A DNA stretch of 64,000 nt from an uncultured Fibrobacterota bacterium. Its GTDB lineage: Bacteria; Fibrobacterota; Chitinivibrionia; Chitinivibrionales; FEN-1185. The notes under the pieces were generated by a model. That model made no database searches and was not told the origin of the DNA. It was given only the letters and a program-made list of their open reading frames with translations. Positions 48,509 to 57,754 of the stretch are shown piece by piece. The translations under genes and the position numbers were made by a program. The stretch spans positions 65,907-129,906 of the forward strand of contig CAVSQB010000008.1 in NCBI GenBank assembly GCA_963729895.1, in the 5' to 3' direction. How positions within the stretch are numbered: position 1 is the stretch's first letter; each line of letters starts with the position of its first letter.

Positions 48509-49169
48509 TCAGGATCACCAGTTTCTTTCCATCGACAACAAGATAATGCTTCTTTTGCAACTGCGACAGAATCCGCGACACCGTCTCGCGGCTCGTTCCC
48601 GCCATGTCGGCCATCACCTGGTGGGTGGGCCTGTTGGGAATGACAATCATGTCTCTCACCCGCTGCCCCTGGTCTTTAGCGAGCTGCAGGAGGACGTCGG
48701 CCACGCGTCCGTACACGCTCATCAGCGACAGCGTGTTTATGTGCTTGTTGGCGCGCCTGATGCGCCTTGACATTTCAACAAGAATCCGGATGGCGATTTT
48801 CGGGTAGCGCTGCAGAATGTCGATGAACATCGCACGATATAGCATGAGCAGCGTGCAATCTTCCGACGCGATGACCGATGCGCTGCGCGGTTCGCCGTCG
48901 AGCATCGCCATTTCGCCGAAAAAATCGCCTGTCTTGAGCGTCGCGAGAATTGCGTTCTTGCCTTCGGACGTGATGACCGCGACGTGCACGCGGCCCGCGA
49001 CGATGACAAAGAACGTTTGGCCTTCGTCATCGTCTTCGTGCACGATCACTTCGTTTGCCGAAAACGTCTTGGAGACCATGATCCTGCAAATCGCAGACCG
49101 GTCCATGCTAGACAAACAGGAAAACAGCGGGACCTTCGAGACTATCGCCTCAATTTCCTGCGCGTTCAT
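48486..49169 (-). CDS. Crp/Fnr family transcriptional regulator
   Basis: cNMP-binding GDFFGEMAMLDGEPRSAS; HTH THQVMADMAGTSRETVSR. Confidence 0.93.
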   Translation of the reverse strand: MNAQEIEAIVSKVPLFSCLSSMDRSAICRIMVSKTFSANEVIVHEDDDEGQTFFVIVAGRVHVAVITSEGKNAILATLKTGDFFGEMAMLDGEPRSASVIASEDCTLLMLYRAMFIDILQRYPKIAIRILVEMSRRIRRANKHINTLSLMSVYGRVADVLLQLAKDQGQRVRDMIVIPNRPTHQVMADMAGTSRETVSRILSQLQKKHYLVVDGKKLVILNEEKLFD

Positions 49170-49473
49170 TGCTGGTTCTCCGTGGTGGAAACCCGTGCGG
49201 TGCGGGAAGCTGCGGCGCGTTCGCGTTCTTCCGTCTCGCCGTCCTCCCTTTGATTTCCTTCTTGCACGCCATTGGCGCCTTCAGCCAATCGCCGAACGTC
49301 TGCTCCTTGGGAGAAATCAAAAAATACTTTACGTGGAATGCGTTCCAACGAAAAAAGACTGTGGAAAAAAGAGACAATTCGGCGAGAGCATGCTTTCCGT
49401 TCGAGGACAACCCCGGAAACTTGGGTGGGGCAACCCGGCCGGAACGTGCGTACGCAAGGAAAAGGACGCCCGG

Positions 49474-50232
49474 TTACCACCACATTTGTGAGGAATGCGA
49501 AGGAAGATCTGTGGTGTCGAGAGGGCCGATGGTTTCACCGCCGCCGTGTTTCATTGATTTCAGAATGAAATACGCCGCGATCCCCCCGGCAACGACGATC
49601 CCGCTGCCCACACCCACGATAACGCCAGGGTTTGATTTGCCCTGCTGATCGACAAGGGCCTTTACTTTTGAGGGATCGGAAGACCACTTGAAATTGAAGG
49701 AAATCACGTTGTATTCGTCGGCAACGCTGATTTTAGGGATGGCGCTCAGGCTGAAGGTGACGCTCACCATGTCGTGCCATTCCGGATTGAGCCCCTTGAC
49801 ATCCTTGTTCACGTCTATCTTGCTCTGTTCGAGCTCAAAGCCTTCTATGGGAGACAGCTTCTGCGAAGAAACAGGCGAAGAGCCTTTTTGCGTGTCGTTG
49901 AATTCAAACACCAGCTTGTTGGTTTTTCTCTTTACTTCATAGAAGTAACTCGAAGGCTTGTCCCGAAAGATGAAATAGCAGGTGATGACGTTCTCGTTGG
50001 CTTCCTTGGAGGGCTCGCTCGATACCTGGATTCCTTCGAGCACGGCATTTTGAACGGGGTTCACCGGACCGGCGGATGGCGCGGGCGCCGGCGGAGGAGA
50101 TGACGATTCCGGAGGAGGAGCCAGCTCCTTCGAGGCAGGCTCGCCTTCCTGTCCGAACGCCGGAGCAATCATGCAGAAGGGAAACCACAGGATAAGAAAG
50201 CGCTTAAACACTCCGGACACGACTTCCTGCAT
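49474..50232 (-). CDS. hypothetical exported protein with C-terminal membrane anchor (paralog 1)
   Basis: Signal peptide, Pro-rich linker, beta-rich AMIN-like core, Gly-rich TM; near-identical core to 50429..51178. Confidence 0.85.
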   Translation of the reverse strand: MQEVVSGVFKRFLILWFPFCMIAPAFGQEGEPASKELAPPPESSSPPPAPAPSAGPVNPVQNAVLEGIQVSSEPSKEANENVITCYFIFRDKPSSYFYEVKRKTNKLVFEFNDTQKGSSPVSSQKLSPIEGFELEQSKIDVNKDVKGLNPEWHDMVSVTFSLSAIPKISVADEYNVISFNFKWSSDPSKVKALVDQQGKSNPGVIVGVGSGIVVAGGIAAYFILKSMKHGGGETIGPLDTTDLPSHSSQMWW

Positions 50233-50255
50233 ACCGCCTCCTAATCGTCTCTATA

Positions 50256-50284
50256 AAAATACCCTAAAGGCTGCATGGAGTCAA
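50256..50284 (-). promoter_or_regulatory. putative sigma70 promoter for paralog 1 and downstream genes
   Basis: Minus strand TTGACT-N17-TATTTT, followed by GGAGG SD. Confidence 0.5.
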
Positions 50285-50428
50285 TACCTTTCGGGAGGCA
50301 GGAACATGAAGAATTCAGGATTGCGTCAAGACTATTGTAGATTGAGAACGAAGGGCTGCTTAACCGTCATCAATCTCAATCGTCAATCATGAGACGATTC
50401 CCGCCGCACCCCTAACCAGAAGCGCCTT

Positions 50429-51178
50429 TCATCGGATTTTCTGCGTGTGCAAAGGAAGGTCGTTTGTATCGAGCGCTCCTTCAGGCACCGGCGGCGGCGG
50501 CGGCTTGAGAAGGAAATAGAGGACTGCGCCGAGAGCAAGAGCCCCTCCGCCCGCCAGGCCGCCCATCAGTCCCCAGTTTGTGCTTCCCTTGCGGTCGACC
50601 AAGGCCTTCTGTTTCTGCGGATCCGTTGACCATTTGTAGCTGAAGGAAATTACATTGTACTCATCGGTTACGTTGATTTTCGGGATTGCGCTCAGATTGA
50701 ACGTGACGCTCACCATGTCGTGCCATTCCGGAGTGAGCCCTTTTACATCCTTGTTCACGTCGGTCTTGCGCTGTTCGAGTTCGAATCCCTCAATGGGAGG
50801 CTGCTTCTGCGACTCGACAGGCGACTCGCCTTTTCGCGTATCGTTGAATTCAAATACGAGTTTATTGGTCTTTCTTTTTACTTCATAGAAATAGCTCGAA
50901 GGTTTGTCCCTGAAAATAAAATAACCGGTGACGACGTTCTCATTCCCTTCCTTGGAAGGCTCGCTGGAGATCTGGATGCCTTCCAGCACCGCACTTTGCA
51001 CGGGATTAACCGTAACCGCCGCTGCCGCCGCCGCGGGCGGAATGGACAATGAATCGGGCAGAGGAGCAATTTCGCTTGGCCCGGGTTCGCCTTCCTGGCC
51101 GAAAACCTGAGCAATCATGAAAAAGGGGAACCACAGGACAAGAAATCGTTTTACCGCTTCGTTCACAATACCGTGCAT
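50429..51178 (-). CDS. hypothetical exported protein with C-terminal membrane anchor (paralog 2)
   Basis: Same architecture as 49474..50232; GGAGG SD. Confidence 0.85.
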   Translation of the reverse strand: MHGIVNEAVKRFLVLWFPFFMIAQVFGQEGEPGPSEIAPLPDSLSIPPAAAAAAVTVNPVQSAVLEGIQISSEPSKEGNENVVTGYFIFRDKPSSYFYEVKRKTNKLVFEFNDTRKGESPVESQKQPPIEGFELEQRKTDVNKDVKGLTPEWHDMVSVTFNLSAIPKINVTDEYNVISFSYKWSTDPQKQKALVDRKGSTNWGLMGGLAGGGALALGAVLYFLLKPPPPPVPEGALDTNDLPLHTQKIR

Positions 51179-51304
51179 GCTGCCTCCCGCTTATCTATGA
51201 TGAAAATCGCTTGTGTAGCATAAGGAAACCTTTGCGCACAGGGTCCTCTTTTCGCCGGTTCTTGCCGCCCCTCCGCGATCCGTCGTAACTCCCGTTTGTC
51301 GCTC

Positions 51305-51691
51305 CTACCCCGGTCCATCCATCGCCACCATGCTTACGCATACCGTCTTCTCATGACTGATCGAAACGAGGCACGTTCGTATTCCCTCCCGCTCCATCGC
51401 TGTTTGTAAAGCCCTGCTGCAAATGGATATCGACGGCGCCCGTGACGCACCCGGCATCACCTCTATGCTTTTCCAGCCCGAAAGCTTCTGGCAAGCCGGC
51501 GGGAGCGCCTTGTAGAATGCCTCCTTTGCTGCCCACCGGCCGGAATAGTGAATTTCGGGCCTTGCCATCTTTTCGCAATATTCTATTTCCGCTGCCGTAA
51601 ACACCTTCTTTAAGAAATGATCCCCGTACTTCCGGATCATCTCCTGGAGCCTGCGGATTTCAACAATATCAACGCCTATTCCCTTTGTCAT
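51305..51691 (-). CDS. acpS: holo-[acyl-carrier-protein] synthase
   Basis: GIGVDIVEI, GRWAAKEAFYKAL, VSISHE. Confidence 0.93.
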   Translation of the reverse strand: MTKGIGVDIVEIRRLQEMIRKYGDHFLKKVFTAAEIEYCEKMARPEIHYSGRWAAKEAFYKALPPACQKLSGWKSIEVMPGASRAPSISICSRALQTAMEREGIRTCLVSISHEKTVCVSMVAMDGPG

Positions 51692-51835
51692 GTACAATGC
51701 TTCCCGTCCCGCGTGCACCGGGCGGTTTTGGGCGACCGGTTTGCCTCGTAACCACGTATATTTAGCGGGTATCCTCTCTTAGTATACAATAACCGGCATG
51801 ATCCAACAATTCCTTTATCAGGGGAAAACGTCGGC

Positions 51836-52936
51836 GTGATATCCGTGCTTGTATCCATCCTGCTCGCCGCCTATGCCGCGCTGGTCGTGCTGCTGATTAT
51901 CGGACTTTCGCTGCACAGGGGAGCGCCCCTGGAAGGTCAGGGCGCCTTGCCCGGGATTTCTGTGATTATCCCGTTCCGGAACGAGGCCCGCAGGCTCGAA
52001 CGGCTGCTTTCTTCGCTTGCCGCGCAGCGATACGACGGCGCGTGGGAGGTCCTTCTTGTCAATGACGGGTCGGACGACGGCTTTCAAAACGTCCTGGGGC
52101 GCGCCGCATTTCCCGGCGCGCTGGAGATCGTCGATTCCGCCTACGACCCCTGCATTCGACTCACCAGCAAGCAGCAGGCGCTCGACACGGGCGCGGCCCG
52201 GGCGCGCCACGAATGGCTTCTCTTTACCGACGCGGACATGCTATTCGAACGGGACTGGCTGGCGTCATTGGCGCGCAACGCCGTGCGCGGGAGCGGTCTC
52301 ATTTTCGGCCACACGAAGATTACCGCCGAAGCGCACGGCATCTTTGCCGCGCTCCAGCGATTCCAGCTTGAATTTCTTTTTGCGGCCGCATACGCGTTTC
52401 ACGTTTCCGGCATCGACGGTTCGTGCATGGGGAACAACCTGCTTGTACGGAAGCAGGCGTACGCCGGGGTCGGTGGACAGGCAGGAATCGGGTACAGCAT
52501 CACTGAGGACCGCCGCCTGTATGCGGCTTTCAAGCGCAAACGGCTGCCGATCGCGCCCGCGAACCCGTTTGCCGCAAAAGCAGCCACGTATCCCTGCGAC
52601 ACCGCGGGCGACTTCTATCATCAGATGCTCAGATGGGCACGCGGCGGGTTTTCCATGGGCCCGGCCCTGCTGGCCGCGGGGCTGCTTTTTGCCGTACAAG
52701 GCCTTTCGATTATTGCGGCGGCAAGCGGGCTTCTCTCACCTGTCAACACTGCTCTTTCCGTTGCCGATTTTGTCGCAACGATGCTGTTTACGCACATCGC
52801 ATTCAAGAAGATGGGGTCCGGCGAAACCGCGTTGTTCTATCCGGTTCACCAGGTGTTCGCCGCGCTGGAGGCCATTATCTTTTGTCTATCATTCCTTTTC
52901 ACCCCGGCGGTCGTCTGGAAGAAAAGACCCGTATGA
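51836..52936 (+). CDS. GT2 family glycosyltransferase, membrane-bound
   Basis: SVIIPFRNE, VNDGSDD, FTDAD, GNNL, TED, QMLRW (QxxRW). Confidence 0.9.
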   Translation: MISVLVSILLAAYAALVVLLIIGLSLHRGAPLEGQGALPGISVIIPFRNEARRLERLLSSLAAQRYDGAWEVLLVNDGSDDGFQNVLGRAAFPGALEIVDSAYDPCIRLTSKQQALDTGAARARHEWLLFTDADMLFERDWLASLARNAVRGSGLIFGHTKITAEAHGIFAALQRFQLEFLFAAAYAFHVSGIDGSCMGNNLLVRKQAYAGVGGQAGIGYSITEDRRLYAAFKRKRLPIAPANPFAAKAATYPCDTAGDFYHQMLRWARGGFSMGPALLAAGLLFAVQGLSIIAAASGLLSPVNTALSVADFVATMLFTHIAFKKMGSGETALFYPVHQVFAALEAIIFCLSFLFTPAVVWKKRPV

Positions 52937-53907
52937 AGCCCCTGCTGCTGCACTATTTCGTCACAAACCGTTGCAACGCGCGGTGCGCCTTCTGCTCGAT
53001 CTGGAGCAACACGCCCAAGACCGATGCACGGCCCGAACACGTGCTGCGCAATTTGCTTGACGCAAAAAAGGCCGGGTGCCGTTTCGTTGACTTTACAGGA
53101 GGGGAACCGCTGCTCCACCCGCATCTTCCGCAGTTCCTGGCCGAAGCCAAACGTCTCAGGTTCCTGACCTCGGTAACCACCAACTGTTCGTGCTTTGCCG
53201 AGCGTGCGGCTGAACTTTCAGGACTGGTTGACCTGCTTCATTTCAGTCTCGATGCGGACAACAAGGAGCTTCACAACCGCATTCGCGGGTGCGATTCTTT
53301 TGAAAAGGTCCTTGCCGCCATTCCCCTTGCACTGGCGCACCGGCTTGTGCCGGACCTGCTCTTTACCTACACGAACGAGAACATCGATTCGTTTACCGGC
53401 GTGTACGAGCTGGGCCGCAGGCACCGGCTGATGGTGATCCTCGACCCGGTGTTTTCGCTTGACGGTAAAGACCCGGCGAGCCGGGAAACGCATGCCAAGG
53501 CCCTTGCCTGGGCGAAGCGGCCGGGCGTGTATCTCAACAAGGCGCATCTGGCGCTGCGCTTCGCGGGCGGCAACACGGCGGCACGTTCCCGGTGCCGCGC
53601 CGCCGCCGCCGCCATTGCGGTCCTTCCGGACAACCGGCTTGCCCTCCCCTGCTTTCACCATGCCGCAGACTTTGTGGATGTCAAGGATTCCCTCCAACAC
53701 GCGCTTGACGATCCCAAACGAGCCGTGGCGATAGGGAGGCAGGGAACCTATCCGTTCTGCGCAAGCTGCCACATCAACTGCTATTTTGATCCTTCCTACA
53801 CGGCAGGTCCCGGGCGGTTGTGTTTCCTGAGCCTGGCTGCCAAGGCATCGTATGTGTTTACGAAGTACGGCGTTTACAGGAGAAAGATTCCTTCTGGTCT
53901 TGTTTGA
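52933..53907 (+). CDS. radical SAM protein with C-terminal SPASM/twitch-like cysteines
   Basis: CNARCAFC, FTGGEPLL, FSLD, CRAA...LPC, CASCHINC; ATG overlaps GT2 stop. Confidence 0.88.
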   Translation: MKPLLLHYFVTNRCNARCAFCSIWSNTPKTDARPEHVLRNLLDAKKAGCRFVDFTGGEPLLHPHLPQFLAEAKRLRFLTSVTTNCSCFAERAAELSGLVDLLHFSLDADNKELHNRIRGCDSFEKVLAAIPLALAHRLVPDLLFTYTNENIDSFTGVYELGRRHRLMVILDPVFSLDGKDPASRETHAKALAWAKRPGVYLNKAHLALRFAGGNTAARSRCRAAAAAIAVLPDNRLALPCFHHAADFVDVKDSLQHALDDPKRAVAIGRQGTYPFCASCHINCYFDPSYTAGPGRLCFLSLAAKASYVFTKYGVYRRKIPSGLV

Positions 53908-54324
53908 TCCGGAGGTTTCGGGAATTCCATCTTTCGGCAGCAGGCGTTCTCAAAGGGTGAGGGCGAAGCACGCGGGCGCGTGTCGAGCAGGGCGCACATC
54001 AAGCCTGATTTCCCGGACACCTCGATTTGCACTTCTTAAGAGAAAAATACTTATATTATAAGCAATTCGGATTACCACGGTTGGTGGGGGGCGGCTATGT
54101 CACAGGTGTTCCCGTTTTTCACATAGTCAGGTAACCAGGGAAGGGTGCGCCATGGGAAAAAGCACCGAATTGTCTTTTGCATTCTTTTTAGCGCTTCAAT
54201 TGCGTGTGCGGAAGTATCCGGGCACAATGTGGATACCCGAGCTGTTCGATTTTCACCGTGACAAGAACAATCCGGAAATCAAGCAACCGCGCATGGCCGG
54301 CCATCACCTGGGAAGGGAGTAACT

Positions 54325-56880
54325 ATGGCAGAATCAAAATCGTCTAAAACAAGAAGTCCCGGCCTGTTCTTGGTTCTCCCTTTTCTCGCCGCTGCCGTTT
54401 TCTCTCAAGGCCTCACGAATCTCGGCGAAAATGTCAATTACTGGAACAAAGGCCAGACACCGGTCTTTGTCGCCGATTCTCTTTACATGGGAGCGCCGTT
54501 TCTGCGCGACACGACAAAGCCTCTGGTTGTCACCTATCTCGGGTCGCAGGCCTCGTGGCTTGGGTATCTCTATTTAATGGTTCCCAACGATACCGGGTCA
54601 ATAGTTGCGACCGGAGGTAAAAGATACACCAGGATCTTTATCATGACGAACCATGAGATGGTTGGAGCCGCAGGCCTTCCGTATAATCAAGTAGACTTGA
54701 CTAATGCGGCACGTGGAAAAATCCATAATCTGGATACCGTAATTTTCGATTACCAGACCTATTGGGGTTCCGGACACTGGAATAATCCCGGTGCGGGCTA
54801 CATGACCACACCCCATTTTGCAGTCTGGGCTGATACCATACCTGCACCGTACACTTTGGGGGCTCGATATTCCGGTCCAAATCGCAGTCCCCTTGACCTC
54901 AATCCCAATGGAACGCCGCAGTGGAACAACGTCGATCCGCTCTGGAGTACCGACAAGTCTTTGCTGTTTCCCAATAATCAATGGGGAGCCGTCGGCAACA
55001 ACTATGTACAAGGCCGCAGATGGTGTGTTGCGGGCTGGGTTCGCTTTGAGAATCTGAACATAAATTCAGATACGGCGGAATTCGGATTTGAAGATGAAAA
55101 CGACAGCAATCCCGGAGCCCCTCTTGGATGGAACGGCGCCGGCGACAAAAACTTCAACGATATCGTATACCACGTCACCGGCCTGTATATCATCAGGGGG
55201 CCGGGGTTTCTGCAGTTGTATTCGAAACCCGGCGCTCCGGGGGCCAATAATCCGGCCCTTGGCGGGATAGACAGCGCCACCGTAGGCCAACCCTTCACGA
55301 TTTATGCGCACGTGTTCGACAGCCTGTACAACTGGGTTCCCGCAAGCGACAGCCTCGTGACCTGGACCATCACTTCCGTGGATTCGGCGGGAAATCCTGT
55401 CTTGACAACGCTGAAGGGCAGTTCGACGGGGTTTCTCCCGCCGCAACAGGCGTTCGGCTCGGTCGTCATCACTGCCACGTTCAAAAATCCCAACAATCCC
55501 AACAAACCTCCCATCACCGCGACGATCACGGTATACATAGGGCCCGGACCGGGAAATCACATCGTGATAGAGGCCGATTCTCTTGCGCGGAACACGCGCA
55601 GCAACAGGCCGGTGGGTACCATCACCGTCAACAGGACCGCCAACGTCACGGTATACGCCGTGGTGCGCGACACGTTCGGCAACTTTGTCCGGTTTGCAAA
55701 CAACGCCGCCTGGAGCATGGCCAATCCCGGCGTGGCGGCCGCCACCCCGCTTGTCGGCCGGCTGTGGGCCGCAAGCGTGTCGGAACAATCGTTCGGCACC
55801 ACCACGCTCACCGCAAGCGAGCCTGGCCTTAGCCCCGGCACGGCCGTTGTGACGTGTACCGGGGCAAATGCAGCGGTCCCGGTCACCGCAACCCTGCTCG
55901 ACACGAATGGGAACGGTCATCTTGACAGAATGGATATCGTACTTCCCGATTCCGTCAACCTTGCCGCAGCCTTGCCGACCGTGCAGCAGTGGATCCTTTC
56001 CATGAACATCGTTACCGACGACGGGGGTTCCAAGGTCACCCTTACACCCGGCACCATGACGGAGACCGGTCCCCACACCATCCAAGTCACGCTCGTCGAA
56101 AACAAAGGAAGCACGCTTGAAACCGGCTGGACCTCGGCCGTCATCACGCTTTCAAACGCGCCCATGACCACCGACGGCCGGCCGCTCTACGTTGCAACCA
56201 TACTCGACGGGGCCGAGCCGGTCGTCAAGGCCGTGTGCTTTGTTCCCGTGCCGTCAGCCGACACGCTGCGCGTGATCCTGAGTTCGCCGCAGTCCCAGTC
56301 GCCCAAGCCCTTAGACCCCTACGCACTGCTGTCGGTGGTCCAGCAAAACGGGACGAGCGTTCCCATCAGCGCGGCCACGGTGCCTGTGGTGAAACTCGAC
56401 GACCGGTTTTTGTACGTTTTCCCCCCGAGCGCGCTCTCCGATCTCGACAGCGTGAAGGCGGGCGCCATGTCGCTCGGGCTGGAACTATGCGGCAACGTTT
56501 CCATCGTCGTCACAGCCAGGGCTGCGAACAACCCGTTCTCTCCCGCAACAAGTACCATTCCTGCCAATATGCGCGGTCCCAACGATCCCCTGCACGGAAC
56601 AAGGATTGAAATAGTGCTTGTGAGGGCCGTGCAACAGGAGCTCCTTTCCGGCAAGATTCGGGCGTCCATTTCCATTTTTGACGCCGTGGGCAACGCCATA
56701 GTTGATAACAGGGACATGGAAGTGGACCAGAACAACGTCAGCCTGTACCTGATTTGGAACGGCAAGACACGACAGGGAATCCTGGCGGCGCCCGGTACGT
56801 ATCTTGCGCGCATGACCCTTGTGGACACAGAGACCGGAGTCACTGAATCCATTCGAAAGAATGTGGGCATCAAGAAATGA
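54325..56880 (+). CDS. secreted multidomain protein (DUF4114-like motif, Ig-like domains, FlgD/T9SS-type C-terminal domain)
   Basis: Signal peptide; FGFED...GDKNFNDIV; DTNGNGHLD Ca-binding-like loop; C-terminal NNPF...ISIFDAVGN...IWNGKTRQG...PGTYL...VGIKK. Confidence 0.8.
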   Translation: MAESKSSKTRSPGLFLVLPFLAAAVFSQGLTNLGENVNYWNKGQTPVFVADSLYMGAPFLRDTTKPLVVTYLGSQASWLGYLYLMVPNDTGSIVATGGKRYTRIFIMTNHEMVGAAGLPYNQVDLTNAARGKIHNLDTVIFDYQTYWGSGHWNNPGAGYMTTPHFAVWADTIPAPYTLGARYSGPNRSPLDLNPNGTPQWNNVDPLWSTDKSLLFPNNQWGAVGNNYVQGRRWCVAGWVRFENLNINSDTAEFGFEDENDSNPGAPLGWNGAGDKNFNDIVYHVTGLYIIRGPGFLQLYSKPGAPGANNPALGGIDSATVGQPFTIYAHVFDSLYNWVPASDSLVTWTITSVDSAGNPVLTTLKGSSTGFLPPQQAFGSVVITATFKNPNNPNKPPITATITVYIGPGPGNHIVIEADSLARNTRSNRPVGTITVNRTANVTVYAVVRDTFGNFVRFANNAAWSMANPGVAAATPLVGRLWAASVSEQSFGTTTLTASEPGLSPGTAVVTCTGANAAVPVTATLLDTNGNGHLDRMDIVLPDSVNLAAALPTVQQWILSMNIVTDDGGSKVTLTPGTMTETGPHTIQVTLVENKGSTLETGWTSAVITLSNAPMTTDGRPLYVATILDGAEPVVKAVCFVPVPSADTLRVILSSPQSQSPKPLDPYALLSVVQQNGTSVPISAATVPVVKLDDRFLYVFPPSALSDLDSVKAGAMSLGLELCGNVSIVVTARAANNPFSPATSTIPANMRGPNDPLHGTRIEIVLVRAVQQELLSGKIRASISIFDAVGNAIVDNRDMEVDQNNVSLYLIWNGKTRQGILAAPGTYLARMTLVDTETGVTESIRKNVGIKK

Positions 56881-56921
56881 TGCTGCCGGCCTTAAAGCGC
56901 CCGGGCAGGGAGAAACAAGGC

Positions 56922-57734
56922 ATGAAACCATTCACATTCGCGGTTGCGGCGGGTATTGCGGCGATTCTATGCCTGCCCTCCCTGGCCGGACAGGTTATTT
57001 CCGTTCCGTCAAAAGACGCGTCCACCATTGCCCTTGCCATGATCAAGGCAAAGGCATTCGACACCGTGCTCGTGGCAAAGGGCGTGTACTTCGGCCAGGT
57101 GATGGTGAAGCCGGATGTCGTTCTCAAGGCGGCGTCGTTGCTGGGCGCGGCGCTTGACGGCGGAGGCAAAGGAACCGTGGTGACCATGGGCGGAAACGCC
57201 ACCCTGTTCGGCTTTGAGGTCCGAAACGGCACTATCGGGGTCTCTTCGAGAAGCGGCGGCAACGCCATCATTTTGTGCCGCATTGTCGAAAACCGGCAGT
57301 CTGGAATTCTGTGCATCGGTACCATCCCGCGAATCGAAGACAACGTGATCGTTTACAACCACGGCTCGGGCATCCAGGGCTGGAACCTGAGCGCCACGTC
57401 CGCGGCCATCAACCACAACACCATCGCCTACAACATGAATAACGGCGTTTCGCTCGGCGGGAATTCGAACGTTGTCATGGAATGCAACATTGTTGCTTTT
57501 AACGGTAATGAATCCGTCAAGGTATTCGACGGGGTGAAGACGAGCATGACCAGCAACGATTTCTTCAAGAACGGCGGGAAGCCGTCGGCTCCGCAGATGT
57601 CAATAAACTACTCGGCCGATCCGAAGTTCGCGGCACCGCGGAACAAACTCGATTTTTCGCTGCAGGCCGACTCCCCTCTCAAGAGTTTGTTCTCCTCTCT
57701 TAACACCGAAATAGGCGCACGGTTTACCTACTAA
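56922..57734 (+). CDS. secreted right-handed parallel beta-helix protein (paralog 1)
   Basis: TIALAM...DTVLVAKGVY, LDGGGKGTVV, Asn ladders (NTIAYN, NIVAFN), ADPKF. Confidence 0.85.
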   Translation: MKPFTFAVAAGIAAILCLPSLAGQVISVPSKDASTIALAMIKAKAFDTVLVAKGVYFGQVMVKPDVVLKAASLLGAALDGGGKGTVVTMGGNATLFGFEVRNGTIGVSSRSGGNAIILCRIVENRQSGILCIGTIPRIEDNVIVYNHGSGIQGWNLSATSAAINHNTIAYNMNNGVSLGGNSNVVMECNIVAFNGNESVKVFDGVKTSMTSNDFFKNGGKPSAPQMSINYSADPKFAAPRNKLDFSLQADSPLKSLFSSLNTEIGARFTY

Positions 57735-57754
57735 CCTTAAAATGGAGCAGCAGT

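Noticed and set aside
49200..49330. Glycine-riboswitch-like fragment (GGAG...CTGAAGGCGC) upstream of crp on the minus strand
   Set aside because: Lacks the downstream CTCAGG element and P1 architecture; only a generic TTTGATTTC/GAAATCAAA stem is present
54125..54150. SRP RNA-like TCAGG...GGAAG segment
   Set aside because: Does not match the conserved TCAGGTCCGGAAGGAAGCAGC domain IV spacing
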